A stretch of 64,000 bases of DNA from a bacterium (GTDB lineage Bacteria > Hydrothermota > Tepidihabitantia > SM23-42), in assembly GCA_049647125.1 (NCBI GenBank), contig JBARXC010000151.1:107956-171955 (forward strand), given 5' to 3'. Made by a program: the position numbers and the translations under genes. The notes under the pieces were generated by a model that ran no database searches, was not told the origin of the DNA, and was given only the letters and a program-made list of their open reading frames with translations. This document shows positions 8,671 to 15,840 of this stretch, one piece after another (position 1 is the stretch's first letter; each line of letters begins with the position of its first letter).

Positions 8671-9453
8671 ATGAAAGTAGGTTTTCTTCAGTTTAATCCA
8701 GTCTTCGGTGACAAAAACAAAAACCTTGCCGCCGTAGAAAAATTGCTTGAAGGCATCGATGCTGATCTCATTGTCCTGCCTGAACTATTCAACACTGGAT
8801 ATACCTTCCTCAATAAAGCAGAGCTAACTGACCTCAGCGAACCGGCAACTGGTCCATTATATGATTTTATGTTAAAATTAGCACGCAAATATAAATGTGC
8901 TTTTGCCTATGGCTTTGCTGAAAAGGATAATGATCTTCTCTACGATTCCATGGCATTGGTATCACCTGATGGACTCATTGGAGTTTATCGTAAAATCCAT
9001 CTCTTTTTTGAAGAGAAGAAATTCTTTCAACCTGGAGATACGGGTTTTCACGTATTTGAATACAAGAATGTCAAACTGGGCATGCTCATATGCTTTGACT
9101 GGATCTACCCTGAGGCAATGAGAACGCTTGCTGTAAAAGGGGCACAAATCATTCTCCATCCAGCAAATCTGGTGACACCTTATTGCCCCGACGCAATGAT
9201 AACACGAGCCCTTGAAAATCGCGTTTTTATTATAATGGCTAACCGTTGTGGTGAAGAAAAAAGGAATGGAAAAATGAATAAATTTATTGGCCAAAGTGAA
9301 GTAGTTTCACCACAGGGAGAAATACTGGTCAGGGTAGAACAACAAGAGTGTACAAAGATTGTAAATATTGACCCTGCCTTAGCATTAGACAAAAAGTTCA
9401 ACCAGTACAACGATCTTCTCGTTGATCGAAGAGAAGACCTTTATTTCAAATAA
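8671..9453 (+). CDS. carbon-nitrogen hydrolase (nitrilase superfamily)
   Basis: Glu-Lys-Cys triad contexts PELFNTGY, YRKIHLF and CFDWIYPE. GGAGG RBS. Confidence 0.85.
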   Translation: MKVGFLQFNPVFGDKNKNLAAVEKLLEGIDADLIVLPELFNTGYTFLNKAELTDLSEPATGPLYDFMLKLARKYKCAFAYGFAEKDNDLLYDSMALVSPDGLIGVYRKIHLFFEEKKFFQPGDTGFHVFEYKNVKLGMLICFDWIYPEAMRTLAVKGAQIILHPANLVTPYCPDAMITRALENRVFIIMANRCGEEKRNGKMNKFIGQSEVVSPQGEILVRVEQQECTKIVNIDPALALDKKFNQYNDLLVDRREDLYFK

Positions 9454-9494
9454 GCGTTTGTACCTGTCCAATATCCAATGAAAAACATCTCTAT

Positions 9495-11276
9495 TTATTG
9501 ATTATCAATTAAATATCGGAGTCGTCTTATAAAATCCGGGTTGACATTATAACCCAGTTCTTTCGACCTATTTACATCCTCCAAAGCGTTATAATACTCA
9601 CCGGTGACAAAATAGGTAATAGCCCGATTATAATAGGCTTTTGCATAATTTGAATCAAGACGCACAGCATGCGTAAAATCACTGATCGCCTGATCGCTCT
9701 CCCCTAGCCTACCATACATCATACCCCGGTTATTATAGGCTTTTGCATAGCTTGGATCAATACGCACGGCCTGGGTAAAATCATGGACCGCCTTTTTGAA
9801 TTCACCTACCCGACCATAGATCAAACCCCGATTATTATATGCCTTAGCATACTCAGGTTTGTATCCAATTGCCTTTGAGTAATCGGCTATTGCTTTACCA
9901 TAGTCTTTGCGCGCATCATATGCGTTCCCACGGTTATAGTACGCGGTGGCAAAACCCGGATCCAATTTTAGTGCCTGAATAAAATCACTTACTGCCGCAT
10001 CATATTGTTTAATTTCATAAAAAGCAAGACCCCTTCCATTGTAGGCAACCGAACTGGGATAGTTCGACAGTGCATCCTGCCACAAAGACATGTCATCTTT
10101 CCACACTTTGCATCGCTGCCAGGTCAGGATAGAGAAAATACCCAGTACTGCGATCATTATCAACAACAAAAAATGCTTTTTAAATCCCGCATGTATATTT
10201 TTATACAGGTAATAAAAACCTGCTGCGACTATAAATAATATCCCTATCGAGGGAATGTACGTATAACGATCTGCGGCAATGGCATCACCGGCAAGCGGTA
10301 TTATCCCAATGACGGTTACTATATTGAGTAAGAAAAAAGCGCTGCCAAAGGTAAGCACCCTGGAATGCTTACGCGCAAAGACTACAAACAGTATAAATCC
10401 CAAGACTATGACCGGTGAAACGTAGAATATTATAGGTAGTGCATTACCAGACAACTCAGGGTATGGATAAAGAGCCGACAGTTTTACCGGCAGCACGAGT
10501 TTGAGCAGATAAAAACAGATATTACGACAGGCGATGAAAATCGTATTAGGGAAAGTAACTAAGGGTTCAACCCGACGCGCGATAGAAGGGAATTGAGCAA
10601 ACACTGCAAGCAGACCAAAGACCAGAGCGATCAAGAAATAGGGTATTTTCTCAAAGAGTAGTTTTTTATTGAACCGACGCTTCAAATAAAAATCAAGAAG
10701 CAATACAACAAACGGCAGGGTAACTGCCATGCCCTTTGATAAAGCCGATAGAATAAACATGATTATTGAAATACTATAATCCCTTACTCTTTTGGTCTTC
10801 TGGTAAAGCAAGTAAAAGATCAGGGCGCTTAAGAAGAATAAAGAAAAGAGAACATCTTTACGTTCGGTGACCCATGCAACAGATTCCACACGCAAAGGAT
10901 GGAGACCAAATAATAAGACGGTTATCAAAGATATCCCGATATTCCTGGTAAGCAGGAATATCAAGAAAAAGACCAGCAAACAGTTAATAATATGAATGAT
11001 GAGATTCGTCATGTGGTAAATACGTGGATTGAGTTCTGCTACCTGGTATTCAATGGCAAATGATAGGAGGGTAAGCGGGATATATGTCGATATATAATAG
11101 GATGTGAAGAAATGTGCCATATTATGCCATGACAGTTCTCTTATTCTCATATTCTCGGTAACCAGTATATCATCATCCCAATGGGTGAAACCATTTCTGA
11201 GTGATGGTATGAAAGCAATGAATGAAATAAGCGAAATTAGAACAATCGAAAGGATAATCTTTTTCTTTTGTGACAT
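9495..11276 (-). CDS. TMTC-like GT-C membrane protein (protein O-mannosyltransferase-like, DUF1736-type) with C-terminal TPR repeats
   Basis: N-terminal motif FTHWDDDILVTEN...HMTNLIIHIIN...FGLHPLRVESVAWVTERKDVL, about 10 TM segments, then five or more canonical TPRs (AYYNRGNAY... repeats). Confidence 0.7.
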   Translation of the reverse strand: MSQKKKIILSIVLISLISFIAFIPSLRNGFTHWDDDILVTENMRIRELSWHNMAHFFTSYYISTYIPLTLLSFAIEYQVAELNPRIYHMTNLIIHIINCLLVFFLIFLLTRNIGISLITVLLFGLHPLRVESVAWVTERKDVLFSLFFLSALIFYLLYQKTKRVRDYSISIIMFILSALSKGMAVTLPFVVLLLDFYLKRRFNKKLLFEKIPYFLIALVFGLLAVFAQFPSIARRVEPLVTFPNTIFIACRNICFYLLKLVLPVKLSALYPYPELSGNALPIIFYVSPVIVLGFILFVVFARKHSRVLTFGSAFFLLNIVTVIGIIPLAGDAIAADRYTYIPSIGILFIVAAGFYYLYKNIHAGFKKHFLLLIMIAVLGIFSILTWQRCKVWKDDMSLWQDALSNYPSSVAYNGRGLAFYEIKQYDAAVSDFIQALKLDPGFATAYYNRGNAYDARKDYGKAIADYSKAIGYKPEYAKAYNNRGLIYGRVGEFKKAVHDFTQAVRIDPSYAKAYNNRGMMYGRLGESDQAISDFTHAVRLDSNYAKAYYNRAITYFVTGEYYNALEDVNRSKELGYNVNPDFIRRLRYLIDNQ

Positions 11277-11279
11277 ATG

Positions 11280-12203
11280 CTATTTCTGACGGGCAGGTTC
11301 GAGCAACGATTTAGCTACTTTTAGTCCGGTCTTTAGTGTATAGTCCTGCACCTTAACATTAGTATGGTAACCTGAAGTCTTTGTCGTGCGCTGTCTAACG
11401 ACGATTACGTCAACCTCACCAGTTTTCTTACGTTCGACAACGAGTTTATCAAATGATCGCTTGCCAAATTTCTCAAGTAAGTTGAAGCTATGTTTGGCAA
11501 TCAGCACAACGTAAAAATAAGGGTATGGACGACCCTTGACTGAGTTTATCGAAATCTGTCCTTGTAATCCGATAAAATCCTTGGGTGCGTCTTTAAACCT
11601 AACCAAGAGTCGCGTATCGTTCGGGAACGAACCCTCTTTAGTCTCGCCTATTTCCAAATAGGGTATTGCCTGAATATTAGGATCACCTTTAATCAATGAG
11701 GAGCTCAGCATCCGCTTTACAATACCTGCCTTAATATCCAATGCTTGCGGCATCCAGGCAGTTTTGCGACCGCTAAGTGCCAACCCACCAAATAGTATGA
11801 TGGCATTTACCAGGGTCGCCAGGAACCCGAAGGGTAGATTGATGAGTAAAGGCAAGATGGGCATGCCAAAACAAATCCCAAAGATAAAAAGGACGAGTGC
11901 TACGACCAAACAACCGGCATTCTTGCTGCGGAATTTCTTTATGCGCTGACACTGCTGTAATACCCGGTCGACTTTTGCCGGTGTTACCTCTTGCCAAATC
12001 AATTTCTTCGCGCTAATCCGCTTTATTGATATACCTTTTAGCAAATTGAAGATAAGGCAGGCAATAATAAATGGCATACCGGCAAGTATATTCCTTGTGG
12101 TCATTTGAAACAAGAAACCAACGCCGATTAAAAGGACCGACATAAAAGTCCGCAAGCGCGTACTTATTTTGTTAAATATAAGGTATGTCTTATGCTCGGT
12201 CAT
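11280..12203 (-). CDS. membrane protein of unknown function (about 4 TM plus C-terminal soluble domain)
   Basis: Start set at MTEHK (ATG 12203-12201, AAGGA upstream), overlapping the rSAM stop by 14 nt. Stop lies 3 nt before the next gene. No motif recognised. Confidence 0.6.
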   Translation of the reverse strand: MTEHKTYLIFNKISTRLRTFMSVLLIGVGFLFQMTTRNILAGMPFIIACLIFNLLKGISIKRISAKKLIWQEVTPAKVDRVLQQCQRIKKFRSKNAGCLVVALVLFIFGICFGMPILPLLINLPFGFLATLVNAIILFGGLALSGRKTAWMPQALDIKAGIVKRMLSSSLIKGDPNIQAIPYLEIGETKEGSFPNDTRLLVRFKDAPKDFIGLQGQISINSVKGRPYPYFYVVLIAKHSFNLLEKFGKRSFDKLVVERKKTGEVDVIVVRQRTTKTSGYHTNVKVQDYTLKTGLKVAKSLLEPARQK

Positions 12204-13551
12204 GGAGTTCCTTTTTACCGCAAGCTGCCCAGTACAGAGGACATGCACCCTTGCAAATATCAAACTCAAGACATCCATGACACTCTTCCGGTGCATATTC
12301 AATATTCTTGAAATAACTCAGCATAGGCAATTGCCATATGTCCTGAAAACTTTGTTTTAAAAGTGAAGCAACAGGCCATCGCCAAGACGAACACGGTATG
12401 ATATTACCCATCGGATCAAGACTGAGCAACCCAGTAATCGCGGCACATGACTTATTCCCAAAACCATGCGATATTGGGTTGAATTTGCACATCGGCACTG
12501 GTGAATACCAGAGAAACTTGATACCCTCGTTGTCTGCCCGGCGTTTCAGGTTGAGCACATGATCACCGATTTCTGAATACGATACCCAGATGTCGCTTCT
12601 ATTGCGCGCCGTACCACACGGGATAATCAAATTCATTGATAGCCGGTTAAGACCCATACTCTTTACCAGTAGCAGGATATCCTCTAACTGATTCAAATTG
12701 TTCCTCGAAACCGTGGTATTTGTATGTACTGGAATACCAGCCTCTTGTAGCAGCTTGACGCCTTTAATAGTTGCCTCGAATGACCCGGTAATACCGGTTA
12801 TGTTATCGTGGATATTTTGATTTGGTCCTTCAATGCTGACCTGTCCACTTGACAAACCGACGCTCTTCAACTCGGCAACCAAATTCTTGTTAAGAAGCGT
12901 ACCATTAGTTATGATATTAGTCCACATGCCAATTTTTGAGGCATATTCAACAAGCACACTGATATCCCGTCGCAACAAAGGTTCGCCGCCCGTGAAACTA
13001 ACTGAGGGAACATGCGCTTCTTTAAATATCTTGAACAGAATCTTTTTCATATCACTTGTGTTCAGTTCGTTGTAGTTTTTGTCGCCGACATAACAAAAAT
13101 CACATTTTAGATTACATCGATAGGTTACCGCGATTTCTGAAAGTACCGGGTATTCAGTAAATGCACCATTGAATTCATAGTATGATATCGCCTCACGCTG
13201 CTCATTCTCACGCAAACAACCGCTCACCGCTGCCCTGAGGTCACAGAAGAAATAGTGAAGCTCATGTCTTTTCTCTTCACTATCACCGACGAACGCGAGA
13301 AATTCTTCTATGGAATGACCTTTGAAAAGAAAATTTAATATACTAACCCCGGCATCATTCAGTTTGTAAGCCTGATTGGGAATCAATATCAAAAGCCGGT
13401 CGATCTCACGCACGTACACATAGGGCTTTATTTTCTCTACAAACTCGTTAATCCAGCTAATGTCAAAAGGCGTATTCGTAAATCGTATATCGTGTTCGTG
13501 ATTTTTTATATTTGAAGTTTGAAACTTGGTTCTTGGATCTTGAAACTTCAT
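12190..13551 (-). CDS. radical SAM/SPASM enzyme with N-terminal PqqD-like RiPP-recognition element (peptide/protein maturase candidate)
   Basis: CNLKCDFC (CxxxCxxC) at 13116-13093. SPASM signature C-x13-GNIIPC and CHGCLEFDICKGAC (Cx2Cx5Cx3C) at 12282-12241. N-terminal VYVREIDRLLILIPNQAYKLNDAGVSILNFLFKGHSIEEF resembles PqqD/RRE. ATG 13551 lies 2 nt after the upstream stop, with GGGGGAG upstream. Confidence 0.85.
   Translation of the reverse strand: MKFQDPRTKFQTSNIKNHEHDIRFTNTPFDISWINEFVEKIKPYVYVREIDRLLILIPNQAYKLNDAGVSILNFLFKGHSIEEFLAFVGDSEEKRHELHYFFCDLRAAVSGCLRENEQREAISYYEFNGAFTEYPVLSEIAVTYRCNLKCDFCYVGDKNYNELNTSDMKKILFKIFKEAHVPSVSFTGGEPLLRRDISVLVEYASKIGMWTNIITNGTLLNKNLVAELKSVGLSSGQVSIEGPNQNIHDNITGITGSFEATIKGVKLLQEAGIPVHTNTTVSRNNLNQLEDILLLVKSMGLNRLSMNLIIPCGTARNRSDIWVSYSEIGDHVLNLKRRADNEGIKFLWYSPVPMCKFNPISHGFGNKSCAAITGLLSLDPMGNIIPCSSWRWPVASLLKQSFQDIWQLPMLSYFKNIEYAPEECHGCLEFDICKGACPLYWAACGKKELHDRA
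13471..13548. repeat. simple-sequence spacer-type element, copy 2 (here inside the 5' end of the rSAM ORF)
   Basis: cgtattcgtaaatcgtatatcgtgttcgtgatttt...tttgaagtttgaaacttggttcttggatcttgaaactt. Same architecture and orientation as 153-210. Confidence 0.55.
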
Positions 13552-13553
13552 TC

Positions 13554-15080
13554 TCAATGCGCTCCCCCACTCACGCATGCCGAGTGACAAGCTGAATGAC
13601 ACGCCGAGTGGCAAGCCGAATGACACGCTGAATGACACGCCGAGTGGCAGGCATCATGACAAGCAGTATGGACATAGCAAGCACTGTGACACGCGTCTGA
13701 TGTCACAAAGGCTGAATAACTCTTTATCGGCTCTGCGTAGGCAACAAAGGCAGATTCGGTTTCATTGAAATACCCTTGCCGAGAAAATCCTCGACCTGAC
13801 AGGTAATTATAGTACTCAGCTTTACTGTATTCAGAATCAATCTTTGGCGAATGGGCTCCTATTTTCTCTTCGTAGTATAGCTTTGTTGCCTTGATATCAC
13901 AATCCCATGATTTGACTGATATTTTTTCAACGATCTGACTTATTAAAGATTTCAGAGTTGCTTGATTTAAGGTGCCGTCTGATTTCACGGCTTGAACAAA
14001 GGCGGTTTCATAATAGCGCAGACCAGCTTGTCTTTTGAGTACCCTGATTTTCAAAGGCTGGCGAGATGTAATCTTTATCAAACCGTTATCCTGCAATTTG
14101 AAAGCCAGTATCGTTAAAACCTTATTTACCGGATAATCCAAAAGTAATGCGGCTTCAATCAAATCAAGTTTGGCAACCTTACCAGACTTGCGAAAAGTGG
14201 CGACCTCGATCTTTGGTGGCACCCAATCAGCCCTGAGCCACTTGAGACTGGCGACATCACTGTATGCACCCTTTATCTGCTTTGCCTTTTTATTATTGAA
14301 GAGGATATACGGCACGACAGAAAGCACCATCCAGAGAAGCTCAAACGGGAAGGTAAACCTCTTCTTCCTCTCAGGTGTGATCTCAACGTTCTCAGGTTTG
14401 ATTTCAATAGTCCCGAATTTCTCAGTAGTGAAATATTCAGCCGGTACATACTGCTGGATCATCATACGCTCTTCTGTATCTAAATTCTCCTTGTATATGC
14501 GAACTGTGAAGAAGTGGTCACCCTGGTATTTCTGACCAAAGTACGATAACAAGTAGTTTTCATTCATAAACTTCTCAGTTTTAAAACCGTAATCATCTGG
14601 ATTGACTTCCTTGCCGGGCACGGTTACTGGATAGTAGACACAGACTGTATAGTGTTCAAGTGGCTCATCCCATTGGGCTGGTGCCCAATGGAACACGACC
14701 AGGTCACCAAATTCGCTTGTCGTCTTGGCAAGGTTGCCGCTTTGACCGAGGTCCCCACCAAAATGGAAAATATACGTGATCGCACCGGGACCAAATCTCT
14801 TGCCGCTTCCAAGGATGATATCGTATTTATTACCGAGGTCTTTTATCTCAAGTGGATACTTGTTACCGTACTCATCGACTGCATAGGCATCATCAAAATC
14901 AAAATACGGGTCTACTGTCTTTTCCTGAAAATAAAACCCGCTCATCGTACCAGAGAGCACGTTCCAACGTACCTTGTAAACGAAATCTGCCCGACCATCC
15001 TGCCATAATGAAACGTCGACCTCAACCCAGCGCAGATCAGTAGATAATGAGATAAGGGATAATATTAAAATACTAATCAT
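13554..15080 (-). CDS. DUF2207-like single-pass membrane protein with C-terminal (Cys-His-Ser-Ala)n repeat tail
   Basis: Signal/anchor MISILILSLISLS. N-domain VEVDVSLWQDGRADFVYKVRWNV..., resembling DUF2207. One TM (FELLWMVLSVVPYILF). Cytoplasmic region with LDLIEAALLLDYPVNKVLTILAFKLQDNGLIKI. Tail is CHSA-CYVHTA-CHDA-(CHSA)x6-CVSGGAH. Confidence 0.7.
   Translation of the reverse strand: MISILILSLISLSTDLRWVEVDVSLWQDGRADFVYKVRWNVLSGTMSGFYFQEKTVDPYFDFDDAYAVDEYGNKYPLEIKDLGNKYDIILGSGKRFGPGAITYIFHFGGDLGQSGNLAKTTSEFGDLVVFHWAPAQWDEPLEHYTVCVYYPVTVPGKEVNPDDYGFKTEKFMNENYLLSYFGQKYQGDHFFTVRIYKENLDTEERMMIQQYVPAEYFTTEKFGTIEIKPENVEITPERKKRFTFPFELLWMVLSVVPYILFNNKKAKQIKGAYSDVASLKWLRADWVPPKIEVATFRKSGKVAKLDLIEAALLLDYPVNKVLTILAFKLQDNGLIKITSRQPLKIRVLKRQAGLRYYETAFVQAVKSDGTLNQATLKSLISQIVEKISVKSWDCDIKATKLYYEEKIGAHSPKIDSEYSKAEYYNYLSGRGFSRQGYFNETESAFVAYAEPIKSYSAFVTSDACHSACYVHTACHDACHSACHSACHSACHSACHSACHSACVSGGAH
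13575..13700 (-). repeat. in-frame 12-nt-period coding repeat encoding CHSA units
   Basis: Decoded codon by codon: 10 Cys at 4-residue spacing (one 6-residue unit). Synonymous codons vary between units. A 23-nt exact copy (13591-13613 = 13627-13649) shows a 36-nt higher-order duplication. Confidence 0.9.
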
Positions 15081-15124
15081 ATTTTAATGCAGTATCGTCC
15101 CTTTGGAACTCGCAAATTCAAGGA

Positions 15125-15514
15125 TCATTCTTTTGATGCTTCGATGCGTGCTCTCAAGAGATCGGCCTGAGCGGCAATAAAAGAGGCGTATGCCTCTTTT
15201 GCTTCTGACCACTTGGTTTCATCAGGAAATGAGTTAACAATTCCATGCCACACAACCTTGTATACTTTTTCAAGGACATCTTTGCTCGCTCCTTTGCCAC
15301 TGAATTCGAACTGCGCAATTACCGGTACCGGTTGAAAAACCGGGCTCGGTCCAGCCACGATTTCGGTCTGCGCACCAAGAAAAACAACGCCCATCTCCTC
15401 GATCACGTCGAGGTGGACCTTGATTGCATTGAGCACTGAAGCGATTGAGAAATCCGCCGTGGAAAATTTGATTTGCAAGATTTTGTCCTTGATTTCACCA
15501 TAAGGTAAGTTCAT
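15125..15514 (-). CDS. hypothetical 129-aa protein (first gene of the rSAM operon)
   Basis: GGAGG RBS 5 nt upstream of the ATG, with its own promoter. No recognisable motif. Confidence 0.6.
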   Translation of the reverse strand: MNLPYGEIKDKILQIKFSTADFSIASVLNAIKVHLDVIEEMGVVFLGAQTEIVAGPSPVFQPVPVIAQFEFSGKGASKDVLEKVYKVVWHGIVNSFPDETKWSEAKEAYASFIAAQADLLRARIEASKE

Positions 15515-15533
15515 GCATACCTCCTTTTCATCT

Positions 15534-15561
15534 ATTTTATATAATTTTCAAGGTAAGTCAA
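15534..15561 (-). promoter_or_regulatory. sigma70-type promoter of the 15514-to-9495 operon
   Basis: Minus strand reads TTGACT-16 nt-TAAAAT-agatgaaaaGGAGGtatgcATG. Confidence 0.45.
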
Positions 15562-15630
15562 TTAGACGATTTTCATCAAGTGAGTGGATTAAATCTAAAC
15601 AGGCTGACCGAGAACTCAAAAAATGGAGTA

Positions 15631-15646
15631 GCAGACCTTGGTCTGC
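15631..15646. repeat. 16-nt palindrome GCAGACCTTGGTCTGC (copy 1 of 2)
   Basis: Identical 16-mer at 50355-50370. Both are intergenic and both are preceded by gtag(t)g. Confidence 0.55.
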
Positions 15647-15840
15647 GCTAAATAACTAATGAGATTTCGGAAGCTTTTATCTGCTTATAAATGCCTAAAG
15701 GCAGGATTCCGGCATTCTCGATCAACCTGTAAACATGTTACATTAGAGTTAACATTAAGGACGTTTTTGAGAATAGAGTTTTCCGGTGCCGAGCCTCAAT
15801 GTAAAGTGTTTAAATTTGACCCCATTTCCGTACCGAGTCT

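Noticed and set aside
13575-13700. Possible CRISPR array or non-coding tandem repeat
   Set aside because: The period is 12 nt with no spacers. It is strictly in frame at the end of a long ORF, with synonymous-codon variation. No cas genes are present anywhere in the window.
13575-13700. Identity with Haft's His-Xaa-Ser (HxsA) repeat system
   Set aside because: The motif here is C-H-S-A, with His immediately followed by Ser and Cys every fourth residue, not H-x-S triplets. Only one rSAM gene is present, whereas I recall HxsB plus HxsC. I kept it only as an analogy.
13577-13768. Plus-strand ORF (MPSDKLNDTPSGKPNDTLNDTPSG...) and the MSFSVSFGLPLGVSFSLSLG N-terminal extension of ORF 12190-13638
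   Set aside because: Both are alternative-frame readings of the 12-nt CHSA coding repeat. The frame that continues the 508-aa DUF2207-like protein is the only one with context. The rSAM start is placed at 13551, after the upstream stop.
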